A stretch of DNA of 63,768 bases, the filler included, from Kipferlia bialata (Eukaryota), in assembly GCA_003568945.1 (NCBI GenBank). It is 5 parts of 4 records of this genome, joined end to end, with 100 filler letters (N's around TTAATTAATTAA, not from the genome) between each part and the next. Parts side by side here need not be neighbours in the genome. Positions count along the whole stretch, not along the records: positions 20,854 to 45,678 come from BDIP01000038.1; 4 more parts are not named here. One strand, given 5' to 3'. Position numbers and translations under genes: made by a program. Under the pieces are notes generated by a model. The model made no database searches. It was given only the letters and a program-made list of their open reading frames with translations, and was not told the origin of the DNA. This document shows positions 25,350 through 37,000 of the stretch, one piece after another (position 1 is the first letter of the stretch; each line of letters begins with the position of its first letter).

Positions 25350-28300
25350 CTTCTCAATCAATGTACCTCGGCAGTTCCCAGTTGGGACCACAGCTGGTCC
25401 TGTCACATTTTCTTTTTATACACTAGAACATTGTAAATAACTTCAATCATTATTACACTATGCCTCTCACCCCCTAGATAGACTGAGTGACCCATTAGAG
25501 AGAGGCTTTGTCTTACTATTACTCTAACAGCACTCATACAATAGATACATACAACTCTGTTTCAACACCCTAGACATACCGAGTTAGACAAATATTTAGT
25601 CATTCTTACTATAATCATATCTGGGACATACATAGAGATCCATCAATTAGTTCTACCCCCCAAGACCTACTAGAGACTCGGTGCCCAGTTAGACAGTCAT
25701 TCAATCATTCTTACCATAATATCACACTTCACCCCTCAGACATACAACTATATATACATACAGTGTTGTTCTTACCCCCTAGATATACCAGAGACTGGGT
25801 GCCCAGTCGGAAGCCTCTATGGATAACTGGCACGTTCACTGCACACGTACACTGTCATATATCCGTATACACACTTACAGTATATGGGTGGTGATGTCAT
25901 GTGCTCCACGGGTGAGTGGGAGGCATAGGATATATACGTTAGTACATGTATTATATATATATATATATACCGTATTTGGGAGGTGATGTCATATGGCCTA
26001 TGGGTGACTGGGAGGCATAATCATTTATACTCAAAGGATATATACCACTAAATGTTTACAAAACAGTAAACTGACATAACTGTACTTACCAGACTTAGGT
26101 GGTGATGCCATCTGCCCCATGGGTGATCGGGATGCTTAGGTACCAGACGTAGGGAATAGACAGAGCCTAGAGGTGAGATATTGTAGTGTGAGAGAGAGAG
26201 AGGTACCAGTGTAGGGTATCACATTGTTGCATATACATTCATACCTATAGGACTCACTGACACATCCATCGAGGGTGACATTGATGGAGACCCCATCTGG
26301 GACTGGCTGAACAAGACGGAGGGAAGGTCACCCGCTGGCTAGTAGTTAGTAGAGTATATATGATAGACGAGAATAGTAGTACAGTACATATGGTCGTATA
26401 GAAGAGGGACTGAACATGACAGAGGGCAGCTCAATGGCAGGCTAACTGCTAGATGACACAATATACATGTGGTACTCGGATAGCACAATACGATAAAACA
26501 ATAGTGTACCTTCAGGTTCTGTTGAAGTCCACTGCTCTGCTGTCTGCCAAGACAATTCTCCCCTCTCTCTCTATATATATATATACATACACTAGTATGT
26601 ATATATTTTGTGCATACTAATGATTATATGCCTTCAAGTACTGATAGAAGTCAACTGCTACGCTGTCTGCCATGACCATCTCGTGGATATGATTGCCAAA
26701 GTCGCCTAGCATTAGTGAATGTATACTGAGCAACTATACAATATATAGACACCTGGAGTCAATCTAAAGTACTGAGCTATATTTGAATAGTAAGTATTCC
26801 ATATACCATAGTATCAATGAGTCTAAATAATAGTGGTATACTATGCAACATATGTATATATCTACAGACTAAATGTAATGTAATGATACATAACAATGTC
26901 ATGACCATCTCGTGGATGTGGTTGCCAAAGTCACCTGGGAGGAGGCTCAATACTGATATATACAAGTAAAACACACATATACTGGAGTCTCTCTCCCTCT
27001 CTCAATATATAGTAATATATGTACACTTCAATACCTCTATTGTTCTCATCTCCAGGATATAGAGACCGGCGGTGGATTGGAGCCTGGGAGTAAGGGAGAG
27101 AGAGAGAGAGAGAGAAGAGAGATATACAGCAAGCAGTACCAGTGTTCGGACTATAAAAGATATATACACCTGGGCAGTGGCAAGTACATAATACTGAGAG
27201 AATAATACACGTCTTTGACGCGTATAAATATCTTCACTACTTACCCTTATAGTACCACTATACACTCTGTCCCGATATCATAGATACATTCTACGTATAT
27301 ATATTCCGTCTGTCAATCTATCAATATAGATATATACCTTGACAGGGCCACGTATGTTTGTCCCAACAGACAATAGGGAATATACTGAAATATATATATT
27401 CTATCTAGACAGTCTATCAATCAATCTATTATATTAGATATAGATACATATAGATTTATACCCTGACAGGGCCACGTATGCCTGCCCTGCCGCAAAGGTA
27501 CCCCCCAGATAAGTGACTGCATTCTCAAGGGGTCATGTAAGAAATGTATATAGCTACAACACACACACACATATATATATATATGTATATATCGTTAGTT
27601 ATCATAGGTTCCACGACATCTATGTATTTACAATTCTTCTCGTGTTAGCTCTACCTGCTAATGTATCCAGGTTCTTCATCTCTCTCTCTCTCTCTTCTAT
27701 GTATATATATACAGTACATACTATGTACACAGTGTACACAATGTATACACATATACTAGTATATATGTACTGTATTACCTGCTAATGATTCCAGGTTCTG
27801 CCGCAACAGGACCTGGCAGCCAATCTGGGGGTGAGGAATATGGATGTATACTATATGTGTGCTTGAAATAATTTGTACAATATACATGCATATATATATC
27901 TGTATCAATACAGATATAGTGGGCGACGGTGACATAGGACCTCGCAGCCAATCTGGGGGTGATGAATGCTTCTATACGTAAATATATATATGTACACACA
28001 TACATCATTCATATTATATATGAAAAGAATGATTATGTAACTAAATTGTTGATCTGATGGTGACACGTATAGATGCAAATAATTTGCATGCATCAATATA
28101 TAGGGTGAGACATACAAAGTAAATGAGACAGACAGACGCAAATACTACATGAATGAATACATCGGGAATGGAATATGTACAGTGAGGGTGAGGCAGGTAA
28201 ATAAGGTGCATGGGTGATTACTTCGATTGTTCTCGATCAATAACTGTCATCAATTTCTCTGGGGCCATGCAAGAATTGTCCAGTACATCTATACATACTC

Positions 28301-29092
28301 ATATCATATCTGTATCACTATAGATAGATACAAATACATACATAGCATACCTTCAATGTCAGCAGCCTGACTGCCATTCATGACTTGTCCAGGGCATCTT
28401 GGTCTCCTGCTTACCGGTCTCCTGGGGGTATGTACATACACTAATAGTGACAGTATGGAACTATAACTATATTCCCACACACTTGCTACAGTATATATAT
28501 ATCTTTAAGTTACATGTTATGTTACATGTTATGTTACTCACATACTTACATGTGATGTGGACTTCTGGGGTTGTCAGCATGTTCATCAGCTTGGCATTCT
28601 CAGCAACACACTTCTGGCGCCTGGACAATCAGAGCGTTAAAGATACAGGTATACACAGGAATATATGAATATATATGAGAGAACTGGTGATCAGTCTGGC
28701 ATTCTCAGCAGCACACGCGTGGTACCTGAAGTGTTAAGAGTACATATAAATCGAAGTAGCCCTTTTCCGTCTGGCACACTATACTGAGTACCCTTTTACA
28801 TATATACTTGTATCTAGACAGTGAATCTGAAAGATATAATGTCTGACACTCTGAGAGTGTGATTCAGTTAATACTCCATATTTGTCTTACTCACATGGGG
28901 AAGAGGCGCAGGAAGCGGCCCTTGATGACTGGGAGTCAACAATAGTCAATAGAAGTCACAGAAAGAGTCAATAATAGTCAGTATTGGTCATAGAAAGTCA
29001 CTCAAGGTCGTATCCAGTACCTGGAACCCGTATCGCCTGACATGCTGACGGTTCTGGAGCTTTCTCCTCCGGCTGAGGATGAGAGAGAGGGA

Positions 29093-29146
<54 letters not shown>

Positions 29147-29592
29147 TTGGCAGAAAGCTGACTTGCCGAGCAAGTGATTAAGACAAGTAATCATGATAAG
29201 TAACATATAGTAATAGCATTAAGAACTACTGGTACTTGTTGAGAGGTGCCAGCATAGAGTAAATCTGCTGTCTGAGGCCAATAATGATGTATATCAAATA
29301 CTGTCATATTATAGTAAGTATATAGAAACACTTATGTATATACATATATACTATATTCTCTAACTGACATAGTACTGCTCCCAGGGGGTAGCCCTATCAC
29401 CTCCTTTTGTGAATGGGTAAACCACTGATATTCAAGTCGTAATACTATAGAATACTTCTGCGAATAGGTAAAAATGGTAAAGTACCTATAATCAGGTGCT
29501 CCAGCTGCCTGTCCTGCTGTCTGACTCTGATACCATGGAGGTCCTGGAAGATTAGGATATAGGTCAATAGTCTATTATATACACATATATAT

Positions 29593-29628
<36 letters not shown>

Positions 29629-29670
29629 GATATCTGCTGTCGGACCCAGATGCCGTTAAGGTACCTACAG
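25350..29670 (-). pseudogene. Unidentified multi-exon gene, probably decaying, with many duplicated exon junctions
   Basis: Small exons with consensus splice sites (APIHRRSLYPGDENNRG|DFGNHIHEMVMADSVAVDFYQYLK|PAGDLPSVLFSQ..). Apparent frameshift and in-frame TAA near 26136-26155, where intronic copies have TAT. Confidence 0.45.
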
Positions 29671-30821
29671 GGTAAGAGGTATGAACTCTGAAGCTCTGAA
29701 ATATAATAGTAAATATTTGATATGTAACCATAAAATATTCATTAATATGTATTATAAAGAATATGTAATATAATTTTGATTATTGTAATACAAATTTCCA
29801 TGGGGTCACCTCATGAATGAATATATATAATGTATGACTCGTTGAAGTGAAGAATACAGATTGAAAAGACAGTATTCATATATAGAGAGACAAAGCGAGA
29901 TTGATTGGTCACACACTCGGGGGTAGTCACTGAACAGTAAACCATAGGTGGAAAGAGAGACTAAGACTGAAGAGACTGAGGGTAACCATGAGGAGAGAGT
30001 GTGCTTGTCTATACATGGGGGGGAGACATGTAGGGAGAGGGAGTGAGAAAGAGATACACAAATGGCTAATAGGAAGTAGGGTAAGTATTTATAATATTAT
30101 GAGAGTGTGTAGGACATCAGATAGACTATGCTAGAGACTGATAGGAGGGGATCAAGTCACATAATCCTAATCCAACCCACATACAAACCCACATTCATAC
30201 TTACCCATACACACACACACACACACCATAAATGCCTCAGAACTCTGCACCGACCTCACCCACTCGGGTGTTGTCATCTCTCCCCCCCTCTCTCTACCCC
30301 CACCTCCACTCAGTCTCTCTCTCTCACTATCCCACTCTTCCCGATCGCCCAGCCACGTCTCCCGCTACCCTGTGCTCCAAACAGTGTCCCTGGTGTACGT
30401 GCGAAGCTAGCTAGAGGCTCTCCACACACCCTCCCGCGAGTACCGAGAGAGAGCGGTCTTGCGCGGCAGTAGTGCACTGAAAGGCCGCTTCATCAGACCA
30501 TACAAGGGGATGAATATCTTACAATATTGAAGGAAGAGTCCACCAGATCGGTCACCGATCATCGGTGTACTTGACTGTACGCTCTCTCTCTCTTCAGCTG
30601 CAGCTGTCTGTCTGCTAAGTATGGGACACATGTGGATGCTAGCATTAGTGCTGGCGAGTGTGCTAGTAGGTATGTGTGGGGAGCAAAGAGAGCTGTCTCT
30701 CTTATATGTGTATGACAAACGGTGGTAGTTCATGTCAACCTAATGTTAGCGTGGGAAGGAGAGGTAGGGGTATCACCAGACGCTATATGTATACTGATGA
30801 TTATTGATGTATAATGGTGTA

Positions 30822-30864
<43 letters not shown>

Positions 30865-30870
30865 GGGGCG

Positions 30871-30909
<39 letters not shown>

Positions 30910-31217
30910 GAGAGAGAGACATATACGTGTGAGATAACTAGTTCATCCCCGATAGAGGACAATTGGAGTACACAATGACGACATGAACACATACTGTGAT
31001 ATATATACACTATATATATACACACACAATGCTAGTATCTGTACTCGCCGGCCTCGTGCCTTGCCGTATATTTGCATACACTACATACTGCATTCACATC
31101 GTCAGAATAAAGTGAGTGTCAGTACCTGTACTCCCCGGCCTCGTGCCTTTCCATACACACACTATGCACTATACATACACAATACTATATATACACTTCA
31201 GTGCCTATACATCAGTA

Positions 31218-32084
31218 CCTGTACTCCCCGGCCTCGTGCCTTGCCCTCTGCACAATGGCCCTGGCATCGGAGGGCCGGCCTAGGGTGAGACGATATCTAC
31301 TACACACATATATATATGTTAAGGATTACAGAGTAGTAACTGTTAAATGACTTTTGCATCGGAGGGCCGGCCTGGGGTGAGAATGACCAGATACTATTAA
31401 GATGTTGGGGTTAGATGTGGACAGTGTACATCCGGTTACGGATGGGAAACAGGCAATCATATGAACAGGCAATCATATGAACAGACAATGTGTGGCTGAG
31501 TGTGTATACAGTGACTTCTACACTGAGTAGCTCCACTAATCCGCCATTAACCAGTACAAAGAGCCAATTACCAACACTATAGTACTCAATTGTATGTGGA
31601 ATCATGTGTAGGTGTATGTATAGGCGACATCAATGAATGCTGATCAGTGCAACACAATAGCCAATTGAGACACACCAACCTCTAAAGAGCAGCACAGACA
31701 CAGGCACAACTACACACTTCATGTATACAACACGCTACTGATATATAGCCATATATGACTGTCTTCGTACCTGTGACGCACGCACTGACGTTGTCGGATA
31801 TGCTGAAGATGGACGAGTCCATGCTGTGGTCGAATAGAATGTCGGCACAGTCCCTCTGGGCAATCACAACCACCCCATCCTTCCCCCTGATGCAGAGGGA
31901 GGTCACTCCTCCCGTCCTGATGGCCTTGAAGGCATACTCTGGGGGTAAAGAGACATCAAAAGACAACGAAAGTAGCTATCTCCATAAATGACAATTCCAC
32001 AGCAACATTGACCTCACCTACTTGGTACAGCCTCCCATCAGGGCTGAAAACTGTGATGTGCTGGTCAAATCCACTTCCACTCAT
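31218..32084 (-). CDS. PSMA6: 20S proteasome subunit alpha1 (alpha type-6), first three exons; remainder lost at poly-G/C junction near 30.9 kb
   Basis: MSGSGFDQHITVFSPDGRLYQV|EYAFKAIRTGGVTSLCIRGKDGVVVIAQ..SIFSISDNVSACVTG|RPSDARAIVQRARHEAGEYR. Confidence 0.93.
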
Positions 32085-32392
32085 TCCTGGAGTGCTATAG
32101 GTAGGCAACTCTGCCTTGCCCAGCTGTACAGCCTGTGCTGCACCCTCAATTCGAGTGAAGGGTGTAGCGTTTTTGGCGAGTCGTGTTTCCATGCTCATCA
32201 GTTAGATGTTAAACTACACGAACGAAAAGTATTCCCACAATGCATTATAACACACATCATCAAAGGAGGGAGACCCCATGTTGGTCCGTTAATCATTTAT
32301 CCACACAGACACGCCAAGCGCCTGTCGGACCGATAGGAGTTCTTACACGAAACAGCTCTCTCTCTCTCTCTCTCTCTCTTGCTCTCTTTCCC

Positions 32393-33059
32393 TTACAGGA
32401 AGTAGTCGAGTGCACTGGCCTTCTTGGTCTGCACCACAGTGATGCCTAGAGGTGAGGCATATAACTCTAACACTTATAAATATACACACATACTATATGG
32501 ACGATACTGTATGGGTATACTACAAAACAATTCACAGCCTATACACATGAGCTACTGTACACATACCCTCGACAAAGTCATTGTGCACCAGCTCCCTAGC
32601 ACCTCTCCTGAGGGCAAGCATACCAGCCTCAACAGTCACTGCCTGGGATAAGGACTAAGATCACTGCTACAAATCCAACGAATATAGAATGTTGATGAGT
32701 ATTGATACCACGGCTGACAGTAAATGAATGTAAGAGTATTGATATACCTTGAGCTGGGCTCCGTTCATGTCCTCTGTGAATCAAATCATATATACACACT
32801 AATAACTAACTGTATACTGAATAGCACACGTGTATATATGTAAATATACCTTGAGCTGGGCTCCGTTCATGTCCTCTGTGGACCTGGCCAGCTCGTCATA
32901 GTTGATCTCGGAGGAGACCTGTGTTAGAGAGAGATCGACAAGACTATGGATATATAATAGCCAGGCGTAAATATACCTGCATCTTCTTCGAGTGAATCTC
33001 AAGGATCCTCCTCCTGGCCACCTCGTTGGGGAGGGGGAACTCAATCTTACGGTCAAACC
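32393..33059 (-). CDS. PSMC3: 26S proteasome AAA-ATPase Rpt5 (regulatory subunit 6A), last four exons; rest lies in or beyond the N gap
   Basis: [93 protein letters not shown]. Confidence 0.92.
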
Positions 33060-34032
33060 TGGAGGTGAGAAGAGAGACATTGGAAAAAAGAAGGGGGGGG
33101 GGGGGGGGGGGGGAAGGGAAAAAGAGAGAGGGGNNNNNNNNNNNNNNNNNNNNNNNNNNNNNNNNNNNNNNNNNNNNNNNNNNNNNNNNNNNNNNNNNNN
33201 NNNNNNNNNNNNNNNNNNNNNNNNNNNNNNNNNNNNNNNNNNNNNNNNNNNNNNNNNNNNNNNNNNNNNNNNNNNNNNNNNNNNNNNNNNNNNNNNNNNN
33301 NNNNNNNNNNNNNNNNNNNNNNNNNNNNNNNNNNNNNNNNNNNNNNNNNNNNNNNNNNNNNNNNNNNNNNNNNNNNNNNNNNNNNNNNNNNNNNNNNNNN
33401 NNNNNNNNNNNNNNNNNNNNNNNNNNNNNNNNNNNNNNNNNNNNNNNNNNNNNNNNNNNNNNNNNNNNNNNNNNNNNNNNNNNNNNNNNNNNNNNNNNNN
33501 NNNNNNNNNNNNNNNNNNNNNNNNNNNNNNNNNNNNNNNNNNNNNNNNNNNNNNNNNNNNNNNNNNNNNNNNNNNNNNNNNNNNNNNNNNNNNNNNNNNN
33601 NNNNNNNNNNNNNNNNNNNNNNNNNNNNNNNNNNNNNNNNNNNNNNNNNNNNNNNNNNNNNNNNNNNNNNNNNNNNNNNNNNNNNNNNNNNNNNNNNNNN
33701 NNNNNNNNNNNNNNNNNNNNNNNNNNNNNNNNNNNNNNNNNNNNNNNNNNNNNNNNNNNNNNNNNNNNNNNNNNNNNNNNNNNNNNNNNNNNNNNNNNNN
33801 NNNNNNNNNNNNNNNNNNNNNNNNNNNNNNNNNNNNNNNNNNNNNNNNNNNNNNNNNNNNNNNNNNNNNNNNNNNNNNNNNNNNNNNNNNNNNNNNNNNN
33901 NNNNNNNNNNNNNNNNNNNNNNNNNNNNNNNNNNNNNNNNNNNNNNNNNNNNNNNNNNNNNGGTGGGCAATACCTACTAGGCATCAAAAAACCCCCCCCC
34001 CCCCTTCCCCTCTCTCTCTCCTTCTGACTCTA

Positions 34033-37000
34033 GGCCATGTGCCAGCGCCAGACAGCCAGTGCATACACCCAGAGGCATGTCTATGATGTCGAGATGGTCA
34101 TGGCTGTGCCATTCTTCGGATACTACAGGTGCGTAAGAGTAAGAAGTCAGGCTGCAAGAAGAAGCCGTATGGTTTCCTATTCGTGAATCTCTGTCTCTGA
34201 CCTACAGAGACGAGAGACTGTTTGCGAGGGTTCGTCTGCTCCGGCCCCCCATGGTCAAACAGGTGAGGAATAGTAATACACTCCTGTCATGAGTTATATC
34301 ATCCCCCCCCCCCCCTTCTATTCTTCCTTATCATAGGTGGCGGAGGAGGCCAGGGAGGGACACATCCTGAACACACGACTGGTCCCATACGATGCCCACC
34401 TCTCTCCATTCATGCAGGTACACCGGAATGGCCTTTGAATATATCTACTTACTATCTCAATATATGTCCTTGCGTCTCTCTCACCCCCCAGTTCTGCTGT
34501 GACCGTGCTGTGTACCCGATGACTGTGACACACTTCACAAGGGGGTGGGTCAGAGGGGGAGGGGGGAGGGGGGGGGTACATGATCCCCTCCTTCCCTCAC
34601 CCCTGCCACCCATGTCACCCATGCCTCATACAGTCAGGTAGGGGGAGTGGTATGTAAGGGAGTGGTATGTATACGTACATGAATACTTAAACATTGTATG
34701 ATATTTGCTAAATAATTTGCGAAGTCACACTTGTACCACTTCTGTCTATCTCTGCCCCTCTGCCTCTTACCTCTAGAGAGGTCGATGTCCTTGCCTCAGA
34801 TGTGCTGCCTGCTGTGTTCGATGTGCCCAAGGTACCCTCACCACCCCTTCCTGTCATATATACTAAGCCTAGTGTATACACTCTCCTGACTCTAGGGCTG
34901 TCCTGTGAGTGAGATTCCCTCTCTGGCCAGGATATGGAAGCAGGAGGTACGGTTAGATATTAGGGCATCATTGCCGTGCATATGTCTCTCTAATGAGTCT
35001 AACCCCCAGTCTCTGAGGCGTGGTGTTGACGTCCCCTCACTAGGTCTCACAGTGGGTATGTGCATACATGTAGACACTCTCTCTGACCAAGGCCACCAGG
35101 TTCATGTTTTATGTATGTACCTGTACACCTATCTACCTTAACATCCAGGCCGAGCCCTTGAGCTCCGGAAGGGTGTGCACCGCATAGCCAAGGTGGACAT
35201 GGACAGGGTGCAGAGGGCAGTGCTCAGGTACAGACTCATATCTATGTATATATATATATATATATTTACATATACCATGGCAGAGGGCAGTGCGCAGGTG
35301 CATACTCTGGTTTATATACACCCACACCATGGAACTTAGATGTGCTTAACACCAGACGGGCTGCTGAGCGGTGGATGGAGGGGTACACTCCCTCAGCACT
35401 CGCAGAGGGTGAGGGCGAGGGCGAGGGGGATGGAATTCTCCACGATGCTCTGTCCTATGACTCCATGGCACTGCCAGCTGGGTCCATAGTGTCCCAGATA
35501 GTAAGGTGGGTGAGCAAATTGGAATAGGTGTCTTCGAAAGTATCTCTTACTGTGGGTGTAAATGAGAGTGTTTCGATATCCCCACTCACCCCCAGGGATG
35601 GTGGCTATGATGCCAGACAGGGTACCATGAGTGATGTGAGTGAGATGGATAGTGTGTCGGATAGTGACGGGTCTCCATCCAGTAGTCTCTCCCCCTCCCC
35701 CAACGCCATTCGCACGGGGTCTGGTCCTAATGAGAAGGGTGGGACTATAGTAAAGAAGGGTCTATACGGCCAGACCGAGACCATACACACTGTCCCCCAG
35801 GGTCAGAGCCACATGGGAAGTGAGGGTGTACACACTGTAGACATTGAGATGGACATGGGTGATGGGGTGGATGTGTCTGATGATGAGAAGTCAGGGGAGG
35901 TTCTGCCTGCACCTGAGGCACGTGCACCAGACCCTGCATCCCCTAGAGACCCTTATGGTATGGAGCGTGGCATGGCATCTCCACAGCCCATGGTGATGTC
36001 CCCATACCTAGCCATGGGGGGTATGACCAGCCCCAGAGAGAGTGGGGGTAAGGGTGGAAGGGCCACCATCTATGGCACACACCAGAGTCCGAGGCAGGAC
36101 ACACACCCTGCCGTCGACACACAGCGTCCTGACCCAGTAGACCCTGCCATAGTAGACCCAGAGTCGTCTGAGAGTGCACTGTCCATGCACTTAGACTCAG
36201 ACTATGAGGAGAGCGAGGTGGGTGTCTAGTATCAGTATTACTGAGATACCATTGGCCAGATCCGATTGATTGTTGCTATACTTTGTTTTCAATACCTTGT
36301 CCCATGGACTATTATTGAAGTGTGTGTGTCCCTTACCCCCAGAATGGCCTTGAGCACGTGCTGGAGGACATTGATGCACACTACAGTCAGACACAGTCCC
36401 AACAAGGGGAGGGGGAGGGTGGGGCAGGGTGTGATGGGGGAAGGGGGGCAGGGGCCTCAGACTCTGAGGGTGATTGTGGGGGATATCCACCCAGTGATGA
36501 TGATAGTGAGGGTGAGGGTGCATCTGTGGCAGATGATGTAGAGATGGGTGTTGATGAGGGGTCAGAAGAGGGTAGTGAGACAGAGGTTGTGGATAGCTCA
36601 GAGGGACACACAGAGAGTGATGATGAAGAGAGTGATACCTCTGAGGTTGAGATGCGTCTCTCATCCTCTGTTGTTGACCACCCCCCTGCTGTACTGTCTG
36701 GCACACCCCGCACAGACCAAGTGCCACAGTGCATAGAAGGAGACATGGACAGCCCTGTGCCCAACCCCTCCACCCAGTCCCCTCTTGGTGACACACTGCC
36801 TGCCCTGCAGCATCCAGACGACAGATGGGGGTTCCTGCCAGGTATGTATGGCCTCATGTCATTACCATTACCCTCTGTGTCCTAGTATTCTCGTATTGTT
36901 ATCCCTCATATACCAGGTGCCCAGAACAAGGGCCATGCCACTCTGGAGGGTGGGATGGCAGACCCCACCCAGAGGTCACAGGCAGGGGCATCTGCCACAC

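Noticed and set aside
26130..26145. In-frame TAA as evidence for a TAA/TAG=Gln (hexamitid-type) code
   Set aside because: Rpt5, ALDH, REV3 and eEFSec end at TAA/TAG in the expected places, and the echoes show Tyr at this site; a pseudogene lesion is simpler.
32944..34086. Long ORFs of 150-360 aa spanning N gaps (also 13006-13591)
   Set aside because: Artefacts of translating through Ns.
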